Assembly: GCA_964564685.1 (NCBI GenBank)
Contig: CAZMBC010000001.1
Coordinates: 162,376 to 226,375, forward strand
Source of the DNA: an uncultured Christensenella sp.
GTDB lineage: Bacteria; Bacillota; Clostridia; Christensenellales; UBA1242
DNA length: 64,000 nucleotides
Direction: 5' to 3'
Both the position numbers and the translations under genes were made by a program. The number at the start of each line of letters is the position of its first letter. Positions within the stretch are counted from its first letter, which is position 1. This document shows, in pieces, positions 56,826 through 64,000 of this stretch. Under the pieces are notes generated by a model, which was not told where the DNA came from, did not search any database, and worked only from the letters and a program-made list of their open reading frames with translations.

Positions 56826-57596
56826 TTATTCTCCAAAAAAGTCGTTTAAATCCATACCGGAAGGAATTTCTTGATAATCCTTGAACGATGGAAAATCAAT
56901 AGCTTTATCGTAAGCTACTAAAACATAATTTATTGTTGCATATTCTGTACTATACGAAGATGTAACACCAACTAATTGATTGTCTTCAAAAACAACATAA
57001 TATACATAGTCATCAGCAGTAATTTCAAATTTATTTGTACTGCCTTTTGTATAGGATTTAACAACAACTTCCTCATCATCAATTTTAGAGTGAATTTCAG
57101 TAAATAATGTATTTAACATCTCAGAATACCTAGCAATTAAATCGTTGTTACCATCCAAATTATCTTTTACATCTAATTGCATTTTATATTTTGCTGTTGT
57201 TCCCATTCCGTTTGCGTAAACATAAGCATAACCGTTTGTGTAATATAACTCGCTTTCCACATCAACTTTTACACCAAGTTCTTCACCTTTCATAACGCTT
57301 CTAATGGCTAGCTCGTTATTCTCAAGATCTACAATGCCATTAACAATAGCACTACTTGAACCATCAGCTGATTCAGTTTTTATGGTCAAGCGATAGCCTT
57401 TAATGTTAGTCTTTTCATTAACGGCCGAGTCGTCTGTACCAACAATGTTTTGATAATCTGCAACAGTTGCATCAGAATATGTACCTTTTGTGTTAAGTTG
57501 TGCTTCGGTTTTTAGTGTATCGCCACCACATGCTCCAAGTAATAACACGCATGGCAACAAAACAAAAGCCAAAATCAAATTTTTTATTCTTTTCAT
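56826..57596 (-). CDS. Hypothetical lipoprotein
   Basis: 256 aa. Lipobox LLGAC after a signal peptide. Beta-rich. A terminator hairpin lies downstream at about 56786-56815. Confidence 0.55.
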   Translation of the reverse strand: MKRIKNLILAFVLLPCVLLLGACGGDTLKTEAQLNTKGTYSDATVADYQNIVGTDDSAVNEKTNIKGYRLTIKTESADGSSSAIVNGIVDLENNELAIRSVMKGEELGVKVDVESELYYTNGYAYVYANGMGTTAKYKMQLDVKDNLDGNNDLIARYSEMLNTLFTEIHSKIDDEEVVVKSYTKGSTNKFEITADDYVYYVVFEDNQLVGVTSSYSTEYATINYVLVAYDKAIDFPSFKDYQEIPSGMDLNDFFGE

Positions 57597-57807
57597 TCTT
57601 TACCCCTTTTTTTGTATTTATTTAAGTTTATTGTAACTGTTTTAAAAAGTCAACTTTTTCCATTTTTATTTATTGAGTTTAGACAAAATAATCAAAAATT
57701 TTACAACACAATAAAAATCATAAAATTAAAATTAATAATTTTCTTGTTTTTTTTGCTTTTATATATTACAATAGTATTATGAGCAAATTTGCTTAATATT
57801 TTTGTTT

Positions 57808-57895
57808 GCAGAGATGTCAGAGTGGTCGAATGTGCAGTCTTGGAACGGCTGTGTACGGCAACGTACCCCGGGTTCGAATCCCGGTCTCTGCGCCA
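57808..57895 (+). tRNA. tRNA-Ser (anticodon GGA), long variable arm, CCA encoded
   Basis: Acceptor GCAGAGA/TCTCTGC, anticodon arm CAGTC-TTGGAAC-GGCTG, variable arm GTGTACGGCAACGTACC, T-arm CCGGGTTCGAATCCCGG, 3' GCCA. Confidence 0.9.
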
Positions 57896-58109
57896 AATGG
57901 TTCTTTTTCGAACTCAAACAATATTAATATTTAATTAGCATAATATTATATCGTATTAAAAAAACACCATGATTGTTAGCGGTGTTTTTTTATTTTATAA
58001 AACGCTTTAATAGCATATAAATTTAAAATTCTTTACACAAAATTTCCTTTAAGAAAAAACAAAGGGGGCTTATTATATATTTTTTTAAAAACACAGTATT
58101 TGAAGTTAA

Positions 58110-58616
58110 TTACTTTACATTATTTTTTATAAATTCAATAAATTGCGGGCAAATTTGTTCCAAAGGTTTATTGTTGCAAAAAACTAGGTCGTAATCATAA
58201 TTATAAACCTCATCATCCGAGGCGTTTCCATACACTTTGTTTTTTAATTCCTCACGCGGGGTTATAAGCAAAGTAAGTGTTTTTGTAATTGAGTGATTTA
58301 AAAATTTTTCAATCTCGCGGGGTTCGCGAATATGCACAAACATGATATCATAGTCACCATTCAAAAACACCTGTTGCTCTGCAAGCAAAAACTTAAGAGG
58401 ATATTCGTTATACTCTGTCATCAGCCTTTTAAGGTCAGAAAGAAATTTTCTGGATTTATCCGATTTATCGCCCTGCCATCCACACTGCCTAGCCACCGCC
58501 TTAACGGGGTCTACTGACGACTTGTTGTGTACTTTAAAAGTACCCTCTAGTGCAGCAATCAATGAGTCCTTGCCACATCCACCAACGCCATTAATAACAA
58601 TCGTAATTTTTTCCAT
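58110..58616 (-). CDS. P-loop NTPase, dNMP-kinase-like
   Basis: 168 aa. Walker A INGVGGCGKDS. A GW.GDKSDKSRKFLSDLK segment resembles small phage/bacterial dNMP kinase-like proteins. The assignment is tentative. Confidence 0.4.
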   Translation of the reverse strand: MEKITIVINGVGGCGKDSLIAALEGTFKVHNKSSVDPVKAVARQCGWQGDKSDKSRKFLSDLKRLMTEYNEYPLKFLLAEQQVFLNGDYDIMFVHIREPREIEKFLNHSITKTLTLLITPREELKNKVYGNASDDEVYNYDYDLVFCNNKPLEQICPQFIEFIKNNVK

Positions 58617-58830
58617 ATTTAAATCTTAACCCACTAGCCAACCAAAAGTCAAACGAATAAAAATATTAGCATTGCTTTTGTTTAACATAAACAAAACAAT
58701 TTTATAAATTATAATTAAATATGAGTGCATTATTTTTTTTCAACAGCCATAAATATAACAGCCAATGCCTTTATAAAGCAAGGAAATTTATGCGAAATTA
58801 TGTCAATTTTATAGAATTTTAATCAATTTA

Positions 58831-58859
58831 TTGACATATTTTAGCATATTTCATATATT
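58831..58859 (+). promoter_or_regulatory. Putative promoter of 58881..59249
   Basis: TTGACA (58831-58836), 17 nt, TATATT (58854-58859). AAGGAGAG RBS before the ATG. Confidence 0.45.
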
Positions 58860-58880
58860 TAATATAAAGGAGAGATAATT

Positions 58881-59249
58881 ATGAACAAAACATGGGCAAA
58901 AAACTGGCAAAAAGTATTAATTTGGTTTAGTGGATACTTTAGTTTTATAGCTTTTATACTGGTTGGTGGCTACTTTACATTTAAACACAAGGACAGCGAA
59001 GAATATAAAAAAACCTGCAAGCTTGCTTTTGTTGTAACCTTAATATTTGCTGCTATTTCCGCATTCTTTACTGTTTTTAGTTGTGTGGGAAGCATATTTA
59101 ACTACTATGGCACAACAGCATATGAGTTTTACAGAGTATGCACAAATTTAGTATCAATTGCAAAAATAGTTGTTTACACTGTGTTCATCCTTTTAGCTTT
59201 GTTTAAAAAGGAACAGGAAAAACAACCTGAAACTACTGAAGAAAATTAA
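58881..59249 (+). CDS. Hypothetical membrane protein (3-4 TM)
   Basis: 122 aa. Good RBS. A terminator hairpin follows at about 59258-59290. Confidence 0.5.
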   Translation: MNKTWAKNWQKVLIWFSGYFSFIAFILVGGYFTFKHKDSEEYKKTCKLAFVVTLIFAAISAFFTVFSCVGSIFNYYGTTAYEFYRVCTNLVSIAKIVVYTVFILLALFKKEQEKQPETTEEN

Positions 59250-59359
59250 TAACACACAAAAACAAGGTTATAAGCCTTGTTTTTTTGTTAATAAACCAAT
59301 TTGTTTTGCTAAATAAATTGGTTGTGTTACTATAACAATAATAAAAAAAGGAGTTTTTT

Positions 59360-60079
59360 ATGAAAAAGTATGAAATTTATGCAAATTTAGTTTTTGGTGT
59401 GCTAATTTTGGCGGCAACAATTTGCTATACAGAAATTGACACAAGTGCATACATCACAAAAACGATTGCAAGTGTTTTGTTTGTTTTGTGCGGAGCGTTT
59501 AATTTGTTTTGTCTTTACAAAAATTATAAATATGACGGCTGGTGGAAGGGCATTATAATGTTAGTTGGATTGATTTTTGCCATGGCTGGTGACATTTTTT
59601 TAATTGATCACTTTATTTTTGGAGCTATGCTTTTTGCAGTAGGTCATGTATTCTTTTTAATTTATTTTTGTTTAATGCAAAAATTTCACTTAATAGACTT
59701 TATATTAACCATAAGTATAATTGCAATGGCTTTGCTTGTTATTTTACTGTATCCATATTTCGAATTTAACGGAATGTTGCCTGTTATACTTGCATATGCG
59801 GTTATCATTTCGTGCATGTTGGCAAAAGGCATTGGAAATTACATTTCACAACGCAACACAGCAAACCTTATTACTATGCTGGGCGCAATACTGTTCTTCT
59901 TTTCTGACTTAATGCTGTTATTTTTTGAGTTTGGCGGAAAAATTATTATATTTGATTACTTGTGCCTTTACACCTACTACCCTGGTGAATTTTTACTAGG
60001 CGTTTGTATTTTGCTTAACAAAAACAACTACGCAAAAATCTTTGACCCCGCAAAACAAGCAATTGTAACTAAAAAATAA
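59360..60079 (+). CDS. YhhN family membrane protein (lysoplasmalogenase-like), second paralog
   Basis: 239 aa. MAGDIFLI and AVGHVFFLIYF motifs. AAGGAG RBS. Confidence 0.6.
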   Translation: MKKYEIYANLVFGVLILAATICYTEIDTSAYITKTIASVLFVLCGAFNLFCLYKNYKYDGWWKGIIMLVGLIFAMAGDIFLIDHFIFGAMLFAVGHVFFLIYFCLMQKFHLIDFILTISIIAMALLVILLYPYFEFNGMLPVILAYAVIISCMLAKGIGNYISQRNTANLITMLGAILFFFSDLMLLFFEFGGKIIIFDYLCLYTYYPGEFLLGVCILLNKNNYAKIFDPAKQAIVTKK

Positions 60080-60257
60080 TTTAAATAACACCTATATTAT
60101 GGGTGTTTTTTTATTAATAACGCAATAATTGCATTTAAAACTTTTTAGGTGTTAAGGTGCTTTTGTTATGTGTAACTTATACTAATATAAATAGTTTGCT
60201 CGTATACTTGAGAAAATATTGTTTTTTTGATATACTATATGTATATAGGAAAAAATT

Positions 60258-60974
60258 ATGGAAAAATACAAAAAAGAACTGGAATATTCCTACACATTTG
60301 GTGTATTTCCTACAATTGAGCTAATTAAAAATCAACCCAATAAGGTGCAGGCTATTTTGCTTTCTAGCAAATTTAAACAAAGTGAAGAAACCGAAAAATA
60401 TTTTGCTCCATACGCCCAAAAAGGCATGGTACAAATAAACGATAAGCTTGTAAACAAACTTGCCGACAAAGAAAATACTTTTGTAATTGGAGTGTTTAAA
60501 AAATACACATGCAAGTGCCTGCCTAAAGGTAATCAAGTTGTGCTTGTAAACCCAAGCGATATGGGAAATCTGGGCACAATTATGCGCACAATGCTAGGTT
60601 TTAAAATAACAAACCTTGTTTTAATAACACCATGCGCTGATGTTTTTAATCCCAAAACTATTCGCGCAAGCATGGGTGCAATTTTTTCGCTTAATATTGC
60701 ATCATACGCAAGTTTTGAGGAGTATGCCAAACAGCACAGCGAGCATAAAAAATATTTGTTTATGCTAAACGGCAAAAGCGTTTTGGGCAAATTTGAACCG
60801 CCTGAAAATAATTACGCACTTGTGTTTGGCAACGAAAGTAGCGGGCTTCCACCTTATGTGGAAGATTTTGGACAAAGCGTGGTTATTTCGCACTCTCACC
60901 AAATAGATTCACTTAATCTGCCTATGAGTGTAGGAATAAGCCTTTATGAATTTACTAAAAACCACATTTTCTAG
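60258..60974 (+). CDS. TrmH/SpoU family RNA 2'-O-methyltransferase
   Basis: 238 aa. NPSDMGNLGTIMRT, FGNESSGLP, and an IDSLNLPMSVGISLYE trefoil-knot motif. Confidence 0.85.
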   Translation: MEKYKKELEYSYTFGVFPTIELIKNQPNKVQAILLSSKFKQSEETEKYFAPYAQKGMVQINDKLVNKLADKENTFVIGVFKKYTCKCLPKGNQVVLVNPSDMGNLGTIMRTMLGFKITNLVLITPCADVFNPKTIRASMGAIFSLNIASYASFEEYAKQHSEHKKYLFMLNGKSVLGKFEPPENNYALVFGNESSGLPPYVEDFGQSVVISHSHQIDSLNLPMSVGISLYEFTKNHIF

Positions 60975-61099
60975 TGGTTTTTTTGTTTTCTTTTGCAGAT
61001 AATATATCAAAAGCAGCAAACTTAAAATTTAACTAAATCATTTTGAATTTTTTGCAGTTGTATAGTATCATATACATATAAAGTTTTTACGAGGTTAAT

Positions 61100-62446
61100 A
61101 TGGTAAAAAATCGGGTTAAAAACAAAGTTGTTTATATTGCATTGGCGCTGATTATTGCTTTGGCGGCAAATTTAGCGTTAATTTTTGCAAGCCCTAATTA
61201 TGATGCTGTTAGTGCATCAACCCCTGTGGGTAATATAATAACAGAAGCAGATATGAATTCAAACTTATATTACAAACTGCGTTCTATTGCGGGCGGAACT
61301 TTGCGCGACAACTCGATTTATTCTCAAAACATAACCGAGCTTAATCTTTCGTTTACTGCAACTGGCGCGGTTTCGGATACAAAAAAAATAACCTCACTTG
61401 CTGGGCTAGAACTGCTTGACCTACGCACGGTTAAGGTGCTGAAAGTTAATTATCAAAATTTAACAGAAATTACCCCAACAACCTTAAGTGGAATGCCTAA
61501 TCTAGAGCACTTGGAAGCAGTGGATAACAACCTTACTGAACTTGATATATCGTACAACGAAAACATAAAAACGCTGGTTTTGGATAATAACAAAATAAGT
61601 AGTTTTGACGCCTCAAATGTTAATACTTTGGGCTACGAAACAGAGAACTCACTAATAAGTTTAAACCATAATAACTTATCCTCTATTTCAGCTATCACCC
61701 TGCCAAATATCACAGCAAATTCCAAGCTAACGGTTAACCTTATAAACAACAATATTACAGATGCTATAACCACACAAAACCTTGGCTACACGCTTAACTT
61801 GGGTGTTCAAGGCTTAAGATACTTTGGTTCTGAAAACACCAATATTGTAACCACAACCCAACAAATAAAATACTATCCTTGCAGTTTTAGCGAAATTAGT
61901 ACAAAAGTATTTAAAAAGGTAAACGACAATTACACAGAGGTCCTAACTTTTAACAACTCATCTTCTATAAATAACACCTATAATTTGGCGGTTGGTGATT
62001 ATAAATTGGAGTTTTATATAAACGATACAGCCCTTGATGATGACACAAAACTACAATATCCTTATTGTATAAATACACAATTTATTGTTCAGCCACCAAA
62101 ACCCACTTTTTATTTTTTAATAGACGGCAAAAAGGTGCAAACCATAACTAAGCTAACCCAACCTGCAACACTTGTTTTGGAAGGCGACCAAAACAGCACA
62201 ATGCTTTCTAGCGTGGCGGGCTCTGAATGGGTAGAGGGAAGTGAAATTTCTTTAACTCAAGGCGGAAAATATTCTGTTTCCATGAAAGCAAAAATTGGCG
62301 ATTACGAAAGCGAAATTGTTACTATCTATATTTCCGCAAACCCTAATTTGTATGTTTCAAACGGCATATTACTACTATTAATTTGCCTACTAGCAGGCGT
62401 GTTTGTTGGTGCAATATATTTAATAAAGCGCTTTGTGTTAAAATAA
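61100..62446 (+). CDS. Leucine-rich-repeat surface protein with signal peptide, beta-rich stalk and a C-terminal TM anchor
   Basis: 448 aa. LxxLxLxxNxL repeats (LEHLEAVDNNLTELDISYNENIKTLVLDNNKISSF...). C-terminal LLLLICLLAGVFVGAIYLIKR. Confidence 0.7.
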   Translation: MVKNRVKNKVVYIALALIIALAANLALIFASPNYDAVSASTPVGNIITEADMNSNLYYKLRSIAGGTLRDNSIYSQNITELNLSFTATGAVSDTKKITSLAGLELLDLRTVKVLKVNYQNLTEITPTTLSGMPNLEHLEAVDNNLTELDISYNENIKTLVLDNNKISSFDASNVNTLGYETENSLISLNHNNLSSISAITLPNITANSKLTVNLINNNITDAITTQNLGYTLNLGVQGLRYFGSENTNIVTTTQQIKYYPCSFSEISTKVFKKVNDNYTEVLTFNNSSSINNTYNLAVGDYKLEFYINDTALDDDTKLQYPYCINTQFIVQPPKPTFYFLIDGKKVQTITKLTQPATLVLEGDQNSTMLSSVAGSEWVEGSEISLTQGGKYSVSMKAKIGDYESEIVTIYISANPNLYVSNGILLLLICLLAGVFVGAIYLIKRFVLK

Positions 62447-62651
62447 GCTATTTAATTTAATGCATTACAAGGTTAGTACAGCAATTTAATATAAATAGAA
62501 TTTTAAATTAAGAATTTATATTCATTATCCATTTAATTTGCATCCGCTTAACAACTATGGATATAAAACAAAACTTTTACAAAAAACTACTAACCTAAAA
62601 GCCACCCCATAAATAGGTGGTTTTTTTTGTTGTTTTAATAGCATTATACAC

Positions 62652-62680
62652 TTGCAAAAAACATATTGTTTTGATATAAT
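62652..62680 (+). promoter_or_regulatory. Putative glyQS promoter
   Basis: TTGCAA (62652-62657), 17 nt, TATAAT (62675-62680). Preceded by a terminator-like hairpin GCCACC-loop-GGTGGT plus T8 (about 62598-62630). Confidence 0.5.
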
Positions 62681-62708
62681 TAGCCCGAATAAAAGGATGG
62701 TAACATTT

Positions 62709-64000
62709 ATGAAAAGTTGCGTTACAATGGAAAAAATAGTTAATTTAAGCAAAAGCCGTGGGTTTATATATCCCGGCAGTGAAATATATGGCGGAATGGG
62801 CAACACTTGGGATTATGGCCCAGTTGGCGTAGAAATTAAAAACAACATAAAGCGCGCCTGGTGGAAGCGCTTTGTGCAAGAAAGCGACAACTCGTTTGGT
62901 GTGGATGCAGCAATTCTTATGAACAGCCGAGTTTGGGACGCCAGCGGTCACACAACTTCTTTTAACGACCCTAAAATGGACTGTAAAGAGTGCAAGACCC
63001 GCGCACGTGCGGATAATCTTATAGAAGCGCACAGCAAAGGCACTGTTAATCCCGATACACTTACTAACGAGCAAATGGAGGAGTATATTTCTACACACAA
63101 AGTTTGCTGTCCTAAATGTGGAAAACACAACTGGACGCCTATTCGTCAATTTAACCTTATGTTTGAAACAAACAGAGGAGTTACTGAAGAGGGACAAAAC
63201 AAAATTTATTTGCGCCCCGAAACTGCGCAAGGTGAGTTTGTTAACTTTTTAAATGTACAGCGAACAACCCGTGCAAAAGTGCCTTTTGGAATTGCGCAGG
63301 TGGGCAAGTCTTTTAGAAACGAGGTTACACCGGGCAACTTTATTTTTAGAACAATTGAGTTTGAACAAATGGAGCATCAATTGTTTTGCAAAGAAGGCCA
63401 AGATACACATTTTTATAACGAATATAAACAAAAAGCGTTGGATTTTTTAATTGACCTTGGAATTAATAAAGATAGTTTGCGTTTTAAGGACCACGACAAA
63501 CTAGCGCACTATGCAAAAGCCGCATGTGACATTCAATATTTGTACCCAATGGGCTGGCAAGAACTTAACGGAATTCATAACCGCACAAATTACGACTTAA
63601 GCCGTCATCAAGAGTTTTCAGGCAAAAGCATGCTATATTTAGACCCGATTACAAACGAAAAATACATTCCTTATGTGGTAGAGTACTCTATTGGTGCAGA
63701 TAGGCTTATGCTTGCAGTTTTGTGCAATGCATATGATGAAGAGGAACTTGAGGGTGGCGAAACTCGTGTAGTTATGCGCTTGCACCCAGCACTAAGCGCT
63801 TACAAAGTAGCGGTGCTTCCTTTGCAAAAAAACTTAAGCGAAAAAGCAAAAGAGGTTTATAAACTTCTTTCCAAACACTTTATGTGCACCTATGACGAAG
63901 CTGGCTCTATTGGCAAAAGATATCGACGTCAGGATGAAATTGGCACGCCATACTGCGTTACAATAGATTTTGATACACTTGAAAACGACACCGTTACTTT
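62709..64000 (+). CDS. glyQS: Glycine--tRNA ligase (class II, alpha2 GlyQS type); 3' end lies beyond the window
   Basis: Absent from the ORF track because it has no stop inside the window. My translation reads (MKSCVT)MEKIVNLSKSRGFIYPGSEIYGGMGNTWDYGPVG...RPETAQGEFVNF...GKSFRNEVTPGNFIFRTIEFEQME...GSIGKRYRRQDEIGTPYCVTIDF. The start is 62709 or 62727. Confidence 0.9.
   Translation, partial: MKSCVTMEKIVNLSKSRGFIYPGSEIYGGMGNTWDYGPVGVEIKNNIKRAWWKRFVQESDNSFGVDAAILMNSRVWDASGHTTSFNDPKMDCKECKTRARADNLIEAHSKGTVNPDTLTNEQMEEYISTHKVCCPKCGKHNWTPIRQFNLMFETNRGVTEEGQNKIYLRPETAQGEFVNFLNVQRTTRAKVPFGIAQVGKSFRNEVTPGNFIFRTIEFEQMEHQLFCKEGQDTHFYNEYKQKALDFLIDLGINKDSLRFKDHDKLAHYAKAACDIQYLYPMGWQELNGIHNRTNYDLSRHQEFSGKSMLYLDPITNEKYIPYVVEYSIGADRLMLAVLCNAYDEEELEGGETRVVMRLHPALSAYKVAVLPLQKNLSEKAKEVYKLLSKHFMCTYDEAGSIGKRYRRQDEIGTPYCVTIDFDTLENDTVT

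Noticed and set aside
62555-63450. ORFs 62555..62806(-), 62745..63230(-), 62948..63130(-), 63249..63431(-) and 63253..63450(+).
   Set aside because: All overlap the unmistakable glyQS reading frame, which the track omits only because it has no stop within the window. They are antisense or off-frame shadows.
1-64000. Possibility of an alternative genetic code, prompted by the two in-frame TAA codons in the 10.7-12.5 kb cassette.
   Set aside because: TAA terminates pheT, folD and sipW at positions consistent with the ends of full-length homologs, and terminators follow directly. TGA and TAG also end well-defined genes (the GlmU-C gene and pheS). The anomaly is local, not code-wide.
1-64000. 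CRISPR arrays, IS elements, integrases and prophage blocks.
   Set aside because: Reading the intergenic regions, I found no regularly spaced direct repeats, no transposase/integrase-like ORFs, and no duplicated tRNA 3' ends (att sites) flanking tRNA-Gln or tRNA-Ser.

Overview
This looks like a 64-kb chromosomal segment from a low-GC, Firmicutes/Bacillota-like anaerobe. AT-rich intergenic regions, T-box leaders, SipW/TasA-type genes, DegV, LemA/DUF2207, rubrerythrin and an [FeFe]-hydrogenase H-domain support that guess. The standard code 11 fits: long ORFs are intact, and TAA, TAG and TGA all act as stops. All family assignments come from reading motifs in the supplied translations and the DNA; no database search was possible.

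The backbone is housekeeping: pheS-pheT and serS behind T-box leaders, plus folD, glmM, cysS, glyQS (partial, runs off the 3' edge), pepF, cls, queH, a Cd/Zn-type P-type ATPase, MscS, rubrerythrin, DegV, TrmH and tRNA-Gln(CUG) and tRNA-Ser(GGA).

Several accessory or unusual loci stand out:
- A cassette beside tRNA-Gln (9975-12535) holds an apparently leaderless S1 protease, an Ala/Val-rich membrane protein with a Cys/His-rich C-terminal domain that is split by an in-frame TAA, and a small acidic protein followed by a second in-frame TAA and an open tail.
- A 54-aa peptide has 13 Cys and 15 Asn, with its own RBS and terminator (8587-8751).
- A 2,943-aa lipobox surface protein carries about 20 FN3-like repeats and a C-terminal GLUG-type region, and is followed directly by a SipW-type signal peptidase.
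- A tandem set of TasA/camelysin-like genes sits at the left edge.
- A 376-aa protein has a C-terminal half that reads like a diverged diadenylate-cyclase (DisA_N) fold with altered catalytic motifs.
- An H-domain-only [FeFe]-hydrogenase overlaps a small Mrr-type nuclease gene.
- A stand-alone GlmU acetyltransferase domain is translationally coupled to glmM.
- Two orphan promoter/terminator units may encode small RNAs.

I saw no CRISPR array, transposase, integrase or rRNA.
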